Shown: positions 1 through 11,333, counted from the first letter of the stretch. The stretch is 64,000 bases of DNA from an uncultured Chloroflexia bacterium (GCA_963833225.1 CAWHXD010000019.1:885759-949758); one strand, 5' to 3'. Translations and numbers: made by a program. Notes: generated by a model not told the origin, from the sequence alone.

Positions 1-868
1 ACCGCCGCGGCAGATCGGGGCCTCAACGTGCGGACCGTCGACATCCGCCCCGACGACGTGACCCTCGACATCGAGGCCTTCGACACCATCCTCCACGAGC
101 GCCCGAAGCTCGTCGCCTTCGGCTGGGCGTCGAATGCCGTCGGCAGCATCAACCCCGTCGGCGAGCTGGTCCGGCGCGCGCACGAGGCCGGCAGCCTGAC
201 CTTCGTCGATGCCGTCCACGCCGCCCCGCACCTCCCGATCGACGTCCAGGAGGTCGACACGGACTTCCTCGCCTGCTCCGCCTACAAGTTCTTCGGGCCG
301 CACGTGGGCGTCCTGTACGGCCGGCGCGAGATCCTGGACTGCGCTGCCGACCTACAAGCTCCGGGTCGCCGACGACCGCTTCGAGACTGGCACGGGCAAC
401 TTCGAGGGGATCGCCGGCTCGCTCGCCGCGGTCGAGTACCTCGCCGAGGTCGGGCGCCGGTTCGGGGCGCCGTACTCGGCGCGGTTCCCGGGGTTCACCG
501 GGCGCCGGCTCGACACCCACGCCGGCATGGCCGCCATCCGCGCCTACGAGATGACCCTGTTCGGCCGCCTGCTCGACGGCCTCGAGTCGATCCCCGGCGC
601 GAAGGTCTGGGGCATCACCGACCGCGCCCGCTTCGATGAGCGCACGCCCACCGCGGCCGTGACCTTTGCCGGGCACACCGCTGAGTCAGTGTCGACCGCT
701 CTGGGCGACCGGGGGATCGCGACCTGGTGGGGCAACTTCTACGCCGCCGGGCCCATCGAGCGCCTGGGCCTCGAGCCGCACGGGGTGGTGCGGATCGGGC
801 TGACCCACTACAACACGGCAGCCGAGGTGGACCGCCTGCTCGCCGAGCTCCGCAAGATCACCGGCTAG
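1..868 (+). CDS. Cysteine desulfurase-like PLP aminotransferase class V (5'-truncated by window; frameshift near 340)
   Basis: ORF 28..639 has ASNAVGSINP, VDAVHAAPH and CSAYKFFGPH (PLP Lys). It continues in ORF 209..868 (RFETGT...VRIGLTHYNT). Confidence 0.85.
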
Positions 869-919
869 CGTTCGCCCAGCATCGGCCGGCACTGGACCAC
901 GGCCAGGCCGGCCTCGCGA

Positions 920-2170
920 CTAGCTCGCGGCGATCCGGTACACCGCGTCGGCCGAGAGGTCGCACAGGTACAACTCGCCCGAGGCATCCTGCCCAAAGCC
1001 GCTGATCAGCCGCCCCGACCCCGTCCCGAGCAGCCGCACTGGCGACGCCGGCCGGCTCGCCCCCGCCGACACGGCCCAGACCTCGCCCGAGCAGTAGTCG
1101 CCGTAGACGTACCAGCCCCGGAGAGCCGGGATCGCCGAGCCACGGTAGACGTAACCGCCGGTGATCGCGCAGCGGCCATTGGAGCTGTGCGAGTACTCGG
1201 CCAACGGGCGCTTCTTGCCGCTCTTGTTGCAGCCCGACGCCGGGTGGTAGCAGTGGTTCCCCTCCATCACGTGCCAGCCCCAGTTCACGCCCTTGCCGGG
1301 GCCGGAGCTCGTCCACTTGACCCGGTCCACCTCCTCGTACCGGGCCTGGCCGACATCGCCGATCCAGAGCGCATCGGTCGAGCGGTCGAACGACCAGCGC
1401 CACGGGTTGCGAAGGCCGCGCTGCCAGATCTCGTTCCGGCCGGGGCGTCCCACGTACGGGTTTGAGGCAGGGATGCGGTAGTGCTTCTTCCGGGTCGTCC
1501 CGTTGACGTCGATCCGGAGCATCTTGCCCAGCAGCTTGTCCTTGTCCTGGGCGCGGTTGCCGGGATCGCCCGCGCTCCCGCCATCGCCGGTGCCGATGTA
1601 CAGGTAGCCGTCCTTGCCGAACGCGATCATCCCGCCGTTGTGGTTCGAGAACGGCTGCTTGATCTTGATGATCGTCCGCCCGGAGCCCGGTTCGACCACG
1701 TCCGGGTTGGAGGCCGATGCCTTGTACTCGCGGACCACCGTGTTCCCGGACAGGTTCGTGTAATCCACGTAGAAGCGGCGATTGGACGCGAACGACGGGT
1801 GGAAGGCGAGCCCCAGGAGACCCTGTTCGCTACCGCTCGAGACCTTGGTGCTGAGGTTGAGGAACGAGGTCGAGAGCAGCGAGCCGTCCTTGACGATCCG
1901 GATCCGGCCGCCCTTGGTGACGATGAACAGGCGGGCGGTGTCGCCCTTGGGGCTGATCGCCAGGACCGGGTCGGTGACGTCGGCGACCTTGACGAGGCGG
2001 ATGGTGGAGGCGGTCGGGGCAGCGGTCGGGGTCGCGACCCGCTCGGGCGCCGGGGCAGGGGATGCGGATGCCGCGCCGGGCAGCACCGTGGCGGCCAGCG
2101 CCGTCGCGAGGGCGAGTGCGCGGACGCCCCGGACGGGCAGCTGGATGGAGGAGGCGGCGAAGCGGGTCAT
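920..2170 (-). CDS. PQQ-dependent sugar dehydrogenase (glucose/sorbosone dehydrogenase family), secreted
   Basis: EQGLLGLAFHP, NHNGGMIAFGKDGYLYIGTGDGG, GLRNPWRWSFD motifs; Ala-rich signal peptide after ATG 2170. Confidence 0.88.
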   Translation of the reverse strand: MTRFAASSIQLPVRGVRALALATALAATVLPGAASASPAPAPERVATPTAAPTASTIRLVKVADVTDPVLAISPKGDTARLFIVTKGGRIRIVKDGSLLSTSFLNLSTKVSSGSEQGLLGLAFHPSFASNRRFYVDYTNLSGNTVVREYKASASNPDVVEPGSGRTIIKIKQPFSNHNGGMIAFGKDGYLYIGTGDGGSAGDPGNRAQDKDKLLGKMLRIDVNGTTRKKHYRIPASNPYVGRPGRNEIWQRGLRNPWRWSFDRSTDALWIGDVGQARYEEVDRVKWTSSGPGKGVNWGWHVMEGNHCYHPASGCNKSGKKRPLAEYSHSSNGRCAITGGYVYRGSAIPALRGWYVYGDYCSGEVWAVSAGASRPASPVRLLGTGSGRLISGFGQDASGELYLCDLSADAVYRIAAS

Positions 2171-2270
2171 CGGCTGCGTCTCCGATTGAGGCTGGTGCCG
2201 GTCGAGAGCGCTCGGTCCATGGTGCCCGTGACCGCTCGCGCTGTCGACCGCGCGCCGTATGCTCGGAGCC

Positions 2271-3140
2271 ATGCATGAGACGGTGAGCCGCGCCTGGGGC
2301 GCCCAGAGCATGACCGACCCCCTGCGCGAGGTGCTGGTGAAGCCGCCGGGTCCGGCGTTCGGGCGCGCCTTCGACGATCCGCCAGTGGGCTTCCTGCGGC
2401 CGGTGGACCTCGAGCGTGCGCGGCGGGAGCATGCGGGCCTGGTCGAGACGCTGGCGAGCCTCGGGGTCACGGTCCACGTCCTCGACGCGGAGACCGACGA
2501 TCCCGACCTCGTCTACGTGTTCGACCCGCTGCTCGTGGCCGACGGCGGCGCCATCCCGCTTCGCCCTGGCAAGCCCAACCGCGCCGGCGAGCCCGACGTG
2601 CTGGAGGCGTGGACCCGGGCCCGCGGCATCCCGACGCTGGGCCGGATCGAGGCGCCCGGCACGCTCGAGGGCGGCGACACGTTCTGGCTCCGGCCCGACC
2701 TGCTGTGCATCGGGCGGACGCTGCGCACCAACGACGCCGGGGCGCGGCAGCTGGCGGCGATCGTCGGCGGGGACGCGCGGATCTTCGATGTCCCGTACTG
2801 GAGAGGCCCGGCGGAGCTCGTTCACCTGCTGTCGGTGATCTCGCCGGTGGCGGACGATGTTGCGGTCGTGTTCCTGCCGCTGCTGCCGATGGGGCTGTAC
2901 GAGCTGCTGCAGGCGATGCGGTACCGGCTCGTCGAGGTGCCCGAGGAGGAGTACGCGACGCTCGGCTGCAACGTGCTGGCGGTTCGGCCGGGCGTGGTCG
3001 TGGTGGCCGACCGGAACCCGGTCACGCGCCGCCGGCTGGAAGCCGCGGGCGTCGATGTGCACTCGGTCCCGCTGGGCGAGGTCGGCGAGAACGGCTCGGG
3101 TGGGGTCACCTGCCTCACGCGCCCGGTCCTTCGGCGATGA
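2271..3140 (+). CDS. Amidinotransferase / dimethylarginine dimethylaminohydrolase family protein
   Basis: EGGD, HL and C-terminal GGVTCLT (catalytic Cys) motifs; TATGCT 7 nt before ATG 2271. Confidence 0.85.
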   Translation: MHETVSRAWGAQSMTDPLREVLVKPPGPAFGRAFDDPPVGFLRPVDLERARREHAGLVETLASLGVTVHVLDAETDDPDLVYVFDPLLVADGGAIPLRPGKPNRAGEPDVLEAWTRARGIPTLGRIEAPGTLEGGDTFWLRPDLLCIGRTLRTNDAGARQLAAIVGGDARIFDVPYWRGPAELVHLLSVISPVADDVAVVFLPLLPMGLYELLQAMRYRLVEVPEEEYATLGCNVLAVRPGVVVVADRNPVTRRRLEAAGVDVHSVPLGEVGENGSGGVTCLTRPVLRR

Positions 3141-4408
3141 CTGGCGGGTTGTCGCCGGCGGCGCGCGCGGCGGCCGACGCGGTCGACGCGGGTGCGCTGA
3201 CCGAGGACCTGCGCGCGCTCGTCCAGGTCCCGAGCGTCACCGGCGACGAGGACGCGGTCGCGGCCCAGCTCGCCGACCGGCTCGAGGCGCTCGGCCTGGA
3301 GGTCGAGGTCTTCCACCCCAACCCCGCGGCCATTCGCGAGGATCCGGACTGGCCGGGCGAGGAGGTGGTCCGCACGTCGCTGCCGGTCGTCATCGGTCGC
3401 GTCGGCCGGCCCGGGGGCAAGCGGCTGGTCCTTTCGGGACACACCGATGTCGTGCCCACCGGCGACCCCGCGACCTGGGCTGGCGACCCGTGGTCCGGCG
3501 ATGTCCGCGACGGCGAGCTGTACGGCCGTGGGTCGTGCGACATGAAGGGCGGCGTCGCCGCGATCCTGGCGGCGGTCCGGGCGCTGGGCGCAATCGGTGC
3601 CCTCGCGCGGCTCGCGGGTCAGTTGATCGTCGCCCTCGTCCCGTCGGAGGAGGACGGCGGCCAGGGGACGCTCGCCGCCATTCGTGCCGGCGCCACCGGG
3701 GACCTGTGCGTGATCCCGGAGCCGTCCGGTCTCGATGTCGTCGTCGCCCACGCCGGCGCGATCACGTTCCGGCTCACCGTCCCGGGACGGGCTGCGCATG
3801 CGAGCCGGCGCACCGAGGGGGTGTCGGCGCTCGACAACCTCGGGGATCTCGTGCGCGCCCTCGAGGCCGACGAGGTCCGTCGGAATGCGGCGGAGACGGA
3901 CCCGCTGATGACGGCGCTCGGGCTGCCGTATCCCACGATCATCGGTACCGTCGCGGGCGGCGAGTGGGCGTCCACGGTCATGGACCGGGTGGTCGCCGAG
4001 GGTCGGTATGGCGTCCGCCTCGGCCAGGCCCCCGAGGAGGCCGCGGACGAGCTGCGCGCCTGCATCGGGTCCGCCTGCGCGGCGCACCCCTTCCTGCACG
4101 ACCACCCCGCCGTCGTGGAGATCGTCGGCGCCCGGTTCGCCTCCTCGCGGGTGCCCGCCGACCACCCACTGCCCGTGTCGCTCGCGGGTGCAGCCGCTGC
4201 GGTCACCGGCCGCCGCCCGGCGCTGACGGGCGTCCCGTACGGCGCTGACATGCGGCTGTTCATCGGGGTTGGGGAGACCCCGTGCGTCATCTTTGGTCCC
4301 GGGGACGTGCGGCTGGCGCACGCTGCCGATGAGCGAGTGCCGCTCGCCGAGGTCGAGGCGTGCGCGAGGGTCCTGGCCGCCTGGGTCGCCATGGAGCTCG
4401 GCACCTGA
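3137..4408 (+). CDS. ArgE/DapE family M20 metallo-deacylase
   Basis: SGHTDVVP, GRGSCDMKGG, EEDGG, EPS and AHAADE motifs; ATGA overlap with the upstream gene. Confidence 0.9.
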   Translation: MTGGLSPAARAAADAVDAGALTEDLRALVQVPSVTGDEDAVAAQLADRLEALGLEVEVFHPNPAAIREDPDWPGEEVVRTSLPVVIGRVGRPGGKRLVLSGHTDVVPTGDPATWAGDPWSGDVRDGELYGRGSCDMKGGVAAILAAVRALGAIGALARLAGQLIVALVPSEEDGGQGTLAAIRAGATGDLCVIPEPSGLDVVVAHAGAITFRLTVPGRAAHASRRTEGVSALDNLGDLVRALEADEVRRNAAETDPLMTALGLPYPTIIGTVAGGEWASTVMDRVVAEGRYGVRLGQAPEEAADELRACIGSACAAHPFLHDHPAVVEIVGARFASSRVPADHPLPVSLAGAAAAVTGRRPALTGVPYGADMRLFIGVGETPCVIFGPGDVRLAHAADERVPLAEVEACARVLAAWVAMELGT

Positions 4409-4978
4409 GCGACAACGGCCCGATCCTGACGGCGCGTCTCCGGCTGGATCCACTGGTCGTCGCGGATGCCGCCGAGATGGCCGGCGTGCTCGACGACCGA
4501 GCTCTCTACCCGGTTCACCGGGGGCGAGCCACCGAGCCTCCCCGACCTCGAGCGCCGGTTCGAGGCGCAGGCCGCCGGCCGGTCGCCTGACGGCACGGAG
4601 ACGTGGCGCAACTGGATCGTGCGGCTCCTCGATGACGGCGCGGCCGTCGGGTTCGTCGAGGCCACCCTCACCGACGATGACCGGGCCGCCGACGTCGCCT
4701 GGGTCATCGGCGTGCGGTGGCAGCGGCAGGGCTACGCAGGTGAAGCGGCGCGGGCGATGGTCACGCACCTGTTCGCGGGCGGCGTGGGGACCGTCACGGC
4801 ACACGTCCACCCGGACCACGCGGCCTCGGGGCGTGTTGCGGCGGCCACCGGCCTCTCGCCAACCGATGAGATCGAGAACGGGGAGCGCGTCTGGCGGCTC
4901 GACGCCGGGCTCAGACGGGAGGGACGGCGATCCGGCGCATCGTCCGGCGGTGCGAGACCAGCACGACGACGGGGATGA
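4405..4978 (+). CDS. RimJ/RimL-type GNAT acetyltransferase (frameshift near 4510)
   Basis: ILTARLRLDPL N-terminus joins WQRQGYAGEAA...HPDHAASGRVAAATGL in ORF 4466..4978. Start codon uncertain. Confidence 0.7.
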
Positions 4979-6215
4979 TCACCCCGAGCGCACCGATGAC
5001 CCCCAGCGCCGTGTAGCCCACGATGGCCATCACGAACCCGGAGCCCAGGCTGGCCGCGGCCGCGGAGCTCCAGATCATCGCGTCGGCCACGCCCTGGATC
5101 CGTGTCCGCTCGTGGATCTCGAGGCTGCCAGAGAGCAGCGCGGACCCGGCCACGAACCCGAAGTTCCAGCCGAGGCCCAGCAGGAACAGCGCGAGCAGGA
5201 GGAGGTTCCCTCCGTCGGCCGGTGCCAGCGCGGCCATCAGGGACGAGACCGCGAGCACCGCCGTGCCCAGGAAGATCACGGCGACCGGCCCAAACCGGTC
5301 CGACAGCCGCCCTGAGACCGGTGAGAAGGCGAACATCCCCAGGGTGTGCGCCGACAGCACGATCCCCACAGCGCCCAGGTCGTGGCCGTGCTCGGTCATG
5401 TGGAGCGGCGTCATGGTCATGATCAGGACCATCACGAGCTGGCTGAACACGAGCGCCACGATCGCCGCCGTGACCGTGGGTCGCCGAAGGATCTCCCGCA
5501 GCGGCGCCGTGGGGATCTTCACGTCCGGCCGGTGGATTGCGTCCTCGTCCGCGAGCTCGTACGGGTCCGGCCGGAGCATCACGAACGAGAGGATCGCGGC
5601 GATCCCGACGAACAGCACCGGGACCAGGTACGGCCCCGCCAGCGGTGGCAGCCCGACGCTCTCGGCGATGCCCGAGGCGAGCGGCACCATCTGGGGCCCG
5701 ATCACGGACCCCACCGTGGACGCCCAGACGATCAGGCTGATCGCCGACGCCCGCCTGGCGAGCGGCGCCATGTCCGCATTCGTGTACCGGGACAGCTGGT
5801 TGGAGGCGTTGCCAAAGCCGATCAGCAACGTGCCCAGCAGCAGCAGCGGGAAGGAGCGGGTGAGGACGGCGGCCGTTGCGACCAGCGCCCCCACCACCCC
5901 GATCGAGTAGCCGAGGACCAGGCCGCGCCGCCGTCCCACGCGGGACATGTACGCCGACAGCAGGACGGCGCCCAGGGCAGCGCCCAGCACCACGGCGGCG
6001 CCCGGGGCCCCGGCGAGGAGCTGCGAGCCGAGCAGGTCCTTGGCAACGATGGTCGCCACCGTGACCGCAGCGATGTACCCGGTGCTGCCCAGCGCGACGC
6101 CGGCCACGAGCGAGGCCGTTGCGCGGCGGCGCCCGGCCGTGACCTGCTCCGGCGTCCGGGTCGGGGGCGCAGGGGCGCCCCGGGCGGCGGGGATGGCGGG
6201 CGCGGCGTCGCTCAT
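4911..6215 (-). CDS. MFS transporter
   Basis: About 12 hydrophobic segments; SRVGRR and GRLSDRFG motif-A copies. Confidence 0.88.
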   Translation of the reverse strand: MSDAAPAIPAARGAPAPPTRTPEQVTAGRRRATASLVAGVALGSTGYIAAVTVATIVAKDLLGSQLLAGAPGAAVVLGAALGAVLLSAYMSRVGRRRGLVLGYSIGVVGALVATAAVLTRSFPLLLLGTLLIGFGNASNQLSRYTNADMAPLARRASAISLIVWASTVGSVIGPQMVPLASGIAESVGLPPLAGPYLVPVLFVGIAAILSFVMLRPDPYELADEDAIHRPDVKIPTAPLREILRRPTVTAAIVALVFSQLVMVLIMTMTPLHMTEHGHDLGAVGIVLSAHTLGMFAFSPVSGRLSDRFGPVAVIFLGTAVLAVSSLMAALAPADGGNLLLLALFLLGLGWNFGFVAGSALLSGSLEIHERTRIQGVADAMIWSSAAAASLGSGFVMAIVGYTALGVIGALGVIIPVVVLVSHRRTMRRIAVPPV

Positions 6216-6265
6216 GGGCGCCGACGATACCTTGGCTGGAGTGGATTGGATGCCGTGCGTGCCGG

Positions 6266-9200
6266 TCAACGAGGGGCGATCTGGGCGGCCTCCAGGGCCA
6301 TGCACAGCCCGTTGGCCAGCTGCATCTGGCGCGGCGTATGGCAGGCGACCCTCAGCAGCGCGGGGGAGCAGACGACCGCGGCCACGCAGCGGGCCCGCGA
6401 TGTCGCGACGTTCAGGCGGTTGAGCGAGTAGAGGAACTCCATCCCGCGCGGGGCGTCCTCGGGTGCCGAGGTCCCCATCGCATAGATGCTGATCGGCCGC
6501 TCCTGGCCCTGGAACCGGTCGACGGTCCCCACGAATGGAGCGCCCAGGCCGGCGCGTGAGAAGGCCTTCTCGATCGCCGCCACGTGCGCGTTGTAGGGCG
6601 CGACGATCACCACATCGCCCAGCGTGATCGGTCGTTCGGTGTCGCTGGCGTCGATCCACGACGGCCCGACCCGGAGGAGCGCGCCGACCAGTGCCGCGAC
6701 GGCCTCCGCCTCCTCGACGGAGTCCGTGGTGTTGCCCGCGTGCACCACGGGCAGGTGCTGCATGCCCGCTCCCGAGAGGAGCCCGCTTCCCGTGACCGCC
6801 TGCCGCTCGAGTCCCGCGACCGGTCGCAGCCGGCCCTCGTAGAACGCCTCCGAGGTGAAGTCGCAGACCCGCGGGTGGAGCCGCCAGGTCTCCTCGAGGA
6901 AGATGCCCTCGTCGGGTGCGATGGTCGCCCGACCGGCGAGAAGGTGCCCGAGCGCGCTCAGCTCAGCACCCGGCGGATGGGAGCCCTGGGTTGGCTGATC
7001 CAGCTGCTGCGGATCGCCCAGGAGCACCAATCCGCGCGAGGCCGGTGCGCAGGCGACGGTGTTGGCGAGGCTCAGCTGGCCCGCTTCGTCCACGAACAGC
7101 ACGTCGAGCAGGGGCTCAGGCAGCGCCATCTCCGGCCGGCACCAGGTCCAGGACACGGCGCCGACCACGTCGAGGTCGCCGTCGCGCAGGCTGCGGGCGA
7201 CGGCGGCATTGTCCGTGAGCGGCGCTGCCCCGGCGAAGGTCGGCGCCTGGCTCTTCTTTGGCTTCTGGCCGATACGGACCGGCCGCGTCAGCTGACCGGA
7301 GGCGGCGAGCGCGGCGGCGGCCTTGGCGACCTCGGCGAGGAGGTTGCCGATGACCTTGTGGCTGTTCGCAACGACGCCCACCCGCTGGCCCTGCTGGACC
7401 AGGGCCACGATCATGCGGGCGCCGGTATAGGTCTTGCCCGAGCCCGGGGGTCCCTGGATGGCCAGCACCTTGCCCGCGAGCTCAGGAGCCAGCCGGACGG
7501 CCGCATCGAGGGGTCGCTCACCCGGGCGCACCAGCGGCACGCCGGCGACGGTGCCGGGGCGGCGCCGCAGCAGCAGCGCCCGGGCTGCCCCAAGGTCGGG
7601 CGTGCCGTCGGGCACGAAGAACGGGTCGGCGAGGCCGTGCCTGGCCACCCACTCGCCGGTCCGCAGCAGGCTCTCGGAGAGCTCCTTGGTGGGAATGACC
7701 TCCAGCGGCACCAGCGCCGTGGGCAGCGGCGTGCCGGCCAGGCTCGGGCCACGCTTGAGCTGGATCCGACGGCGCACCTCGTCCACCGCCATCACGTCGC
7801 CGGCCGACGCCCCCGTCGAGGGATCACGCACGGTTGCGTCCGGGTCGACCTTGTGGTCCTGCTCGGGAAACTCGAAGGTCCAGACCTTCGACGACTTCTC
7901 GATGCGAGGCGCTCCCACGACGACGAGCCCGGCGAGGGGCTCCTTCTCGTCGCGCAGCTCGTCCTCGCCCAGTCTCAGGAGCTCGAGATATCGCCACCAG
8001 GCCGAACTTGTCCTCGCGCCGGTGCCAGGCAAGGAGTTGGGCGAGCAGCCAGCGGCCGTTCGCATCCGGGTTCGTCGCGCGCTCCGCCGGGTCTGCCGTG
8101 ACGTCGCCGGCGAGCTGGATCGTCAGCGCCGCGACGCGCCGCTCCCGCTCGTCGAGGTCCCCCTTGGCCAGGCCGGAGTCAATGACGGCCTGGGCAGGCT
8201 GCGGCCCTCGCGCGTCTCCAGCTCGGCCCGGCGCCCTTCCAACCAGTCCCGCAGGCGCAGGTTGGAGACCACGTCGTCGCGGTTGTAGCCCTCGATCCCG
8301 GCCAGGATCCGCGGGCCATCCTCAACGGGATCGTCGGGTCCCAGCTCCAGCCAGGTCTCGAAGGCGACGATCGAGGATCCTGCATCCTTGAGGTCCACCT
8401 CCCGCATCGAGGCCATCGAGCGGCTCGATCCGCTTGATCGAGTAGCTCTCCACGCCGGCACGAAGCCCCTGGCGGACGACGCGGAACAGGTCGACCAGCA
8501 GCTCGGCCCGCAGGATGCGGTCGAACCTCGGCCTCACGGGTGCCGTGGACGCTGCGCCAGGCGACCAAGCGCGGTGTGCTCGTAGGCGGCGTAGTGGTAG
8601 ACGTCATCGCCGGGTCCCGCGCCCAGCGGTCCATGATCAGGTGAACGGTACTGCTCGAAGGCGGCCTTCTTCGGCGGCCCAGGTGACCCAACCCTCGCGG
8701 TCGAGGCTCCAGGATCGAGTGGAACCTCGGGACGGGTCCCAGCGACCCATCCGTCCCGCCCGGCTCGTCGACCCCGGCCCATCGCTGCGTCTTCCTCGGT
8801 CAGGCGCGGCTCGAGGAATCCAAACAGGTACGTCGACGCCCTCGTCGAGGGCGAACGGGTCGCCCTCGAGATCCAGGAACAGATCGCCATGGCTGGGGAA
8901 GGGCAGGCCGAGCAGCCCGCGGCCGGGCACGGCTCGCCATCCACGCCGAGGTCGAGCGGCAGCAGCTCATAGCGAACCTCTCCCGCGTCCTCCGACTCGA
9001 CCTGGATCCGCGCCTGCTCCCGGATCCCGGCCGGTGCGGCGGGCTGATCCCGACCACGCGTTCCACGGGCGGCAGCTGGAGACCGGCCAGCGCGCGGCGA
9101 GTCGACACGCCCCGGCCCTTGAGCGCCTTTCGCTGCCGCGTGGCGGCGCCCGCGACGCGGCTCAGGTCATCGTCCGCGCGCCGGCGGGCGCGGCACTCCG

Positions 9201-9966
9201 GTGCCCAGCGGCAGACCAGGCAGTGCTCGACCGGCTCCGGATACGTCGCCACGGGAGGGTAGGTGGGCTCGGCAGCGACGGCTCCCAGCACGCCGACAGC
9301 CGTCGCGAAGTCCGCCTTGACGCGGCGGAAGTACGCCATGTAGTCATCGACCCGAAGCGTCTCGGTCTGGCGTTGCCGACCCCCGAGGACGACATGAAGG
9401 CGTTCCGGACGGTGGCCCTGGACCTCCGTCAGCTGGTCCACGTACGAGCAGATCTGCAGGATCGCGGATGCCTTGACGTGACGGGCGAGCTTCGTGTCCG
9501 CCACCTCGTAGTGCCACGGGCCCAACGCGCTGTCAGGCGTGCCCGGTTGATGGTCGACCCGGAGCAGAAAGTCCGCGTGACCGCGCCAGGTGCCGTCGAA
9601 GAAGGTGGCCTGGTAGATGACGTCCGCCCCGCCGCGGAGGGCGGCTCGGGTCTCGTCCGCCGCCGCCCGGAGATCAGCCCCGGCGTCACTCGGGACCCGC
9701 GCCCCGCCGTCCGTGATCGGAGCCGCCGCGGATCCGTCCTTCTCGATCTCCACCACCCGCCGGCCGTCTGCGCGCAAGTCCGCGAGGAAGCGCCGCTCGT
9801 GCTCCAGGCCCCGCTTGGCGACCAGCTCGATCGTCGGGTCGTTGCGCACGGGCTTCTTCACCAGCCCATGCATGGCGGCCCGTTCAAGCGCGAATCGGTG
9901 CTCGCAGGCGAGGAACCCCACCAGATCCGTGGCGGCAAACACCGGGCGACCGTCGATCAGCTGCAT
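6266..9966 (-). CDS. TM0106-family RecB-like nuclease fused to an SF1 (Upf1/DNA2-like) helicase; multiple frameshifts ~8000-9050
   Basis: N-term ATDLVGFLACEH, GHADFL, YEVADTK; middle DLFLDLEGDP, SYSIKRIEP, YNRDDV; C-term QGPPGSGKT, VDEAGQ, GDPQQL, VDRFQGQE, NRLNVATSRA. Confidence 0.88.
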
Positions 9967-10043
9967 GTCCAGCCATCGTACGGGCCAGCCATGCCACCTC
10001 GCCTGTCACGACGGACACCGGCTTCCGACCGTAGACTGCGCGA

Positions 10044-10514
10044 GTGGACGTTCCACGCAAGCCGCCCAATCGAATCGACGAGCACGGGGTTCGGCACGTC
10101 GCCCCCACGTGGGAGAGCCTCGTCGACCGCCAGATCCGCGAGGCCATCGAGGAGGGCAAGTTCGACGACCTCCCGTACACCGGCCGGCCGCTGCCAACCC
10201 TGGACGACAGCGCGGCGGGGGAGTGGGCGATGGCCTATCGGATGCTCCGCAACGCCGGTGCCGCGCCTCCGTGGATCGAGGCCGACAAGGCGGCACGGGC
10301 CCTGCTCGAGCGGCGTGACGCGCTGGTGCGAAGGGCGGCCAGTGCCTCGTCCGCGACCATGCGCCGCTTGCAGGTGGACCTGGAGCGGCTCGTCGTCGAG
10401 ATCAACGCGGCGATCGGCCGGCTCAACGCGGAGGCGCCGACGGATCGCCAGCACCGCCGTCCGCTCGTGCTCGCCGACGAGCTTGCCCGCCTCGAGGCCG
10501 CGCGTCGGCCGTGA
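10044..10514 (+). CDS. DUF1992 (DNAJC28 C-terminal-like) domain protein
   Basis: WESLVDRQIREAIEEGKFDDLPYTGRPL...PPWIE signature. Confidence 0.85.
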   Translation: MDVPRKPPNRIDEHGVRHVAPTWESLVDRQIREAIEEGKFDDLPYTGRPLPTLDDSAAGEWAMAYRMLRNAGAAPPWIEADKAARALLERRDALVRRAASASSATMRRLQVDLERLVVEINAAIGRLNAEAPTDRQHRRPLVLADELARLEAARRP

Positions 10515-11059
10515 CCACCGCGGACCCGGCATCTCGCCCCGCATCCGTCCGCGCGCCCGGGCCCGTCACCGTACGCGACGCGACGCCCGATGACGCCGAC
10601 TCGATCCGCGAGGTGGCAGCGGCGGCCTGGCGGTCCACCTACGCCGGGCTGATCGGCGACGAGTCGATCGAGCGGTTCATCGCCACCGCCTACACCATCG
10701 AGCGGGTCGCGACCCGGATCGAGCGCCACGTGGTGCTGGTCGCTGGCGCTCCAGACGGCCCGGTCGAGGCGTTCGCGGAGACCGTGACCCAGGACGACCA
10801 CGTCCAGGTCGTCGCGATCTACGCCCGGCCCGATGCCCGCGGCCGGGGCCTGGGATCGGCGCTGCTCCAGCGCGCGGTCGAGCTCCACCCGGGCGAGGAC
10901 CTCGCCGCGGACGTCCTCGTCGGCAACGCCCTCGCGGAGCCGTTCTACGCGGCCCGCGGGTTCCAGCCCGGCGAGCTGCTCACCGACGAGATCGCAGGCG
11001 AGGAGATCGTCGAGCGCCGCTGGTGGCTGCGGGCCGCGCGATCGCCCAGCGAGAGCTGA
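10511..11059 (+). CDS. GNAT family N-acetyltransferase
   Basis: AWRSTYAG, ARGRGLGSALL and N-x-x-A-x-x-FYAARGF motifs. Confidence 0.85.
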   Translation: MTTADPASRPASVRAPGPVTVRDATPDDADSIREVAAAAWRSTYAGLIGDESIERFIATAYTIERVATRIERHVVLVAGAPDGPVEAFAETVTQDDHVQVVAIYARPDARGRGLGSALLQRAVELHPGEDLAADVLVGNALAEPFYAARGFQPGELLTDEIAGEEIVERRWWLRAARSPSES

Positions 11060-11287
11060 CCCCCCGGCGGTTGAACGATGCGCTCCCGGCGGGAGCCAAA
11101 CCGCCCGGCGGCTGAACGGTGCGCTCCCGGTGGGGATCAGCTCGCCCAGCGAGCGATCCGTGCGCTCGTGGCCCGGTCCCCGCCTATTCTGGATCGCCCG
11201 GCGAGCGAGAACGCGCGCGACCGCACGGTTCACCCGCCCGGCGAGCGAAGCGCATGCCGGTGGCTGGGCGCAGGCCCCGGCGAGGGC
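11043..11287. repeat. Degenerate ~40-bp-period intergenic repeat array
   Basis: 11063-11093 and 11104-11134 differ at 3 of 31 nt. The CGCCCRGCG(AG) core recurs at 11043, 11102, 11143, 11195, 11235 and ~11275. Confidence 0.55.
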
Positions 11288-11333
11288 TGAGCCGCGACCT
11301 GCCGCGGCCGGTCCCGTTCGACGGGCGGACGCC

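Noticed and set aside
11043-11287. CRISPR array
   Set aside because: Repeats are too degenerate and irregular, and there are no cas genes.
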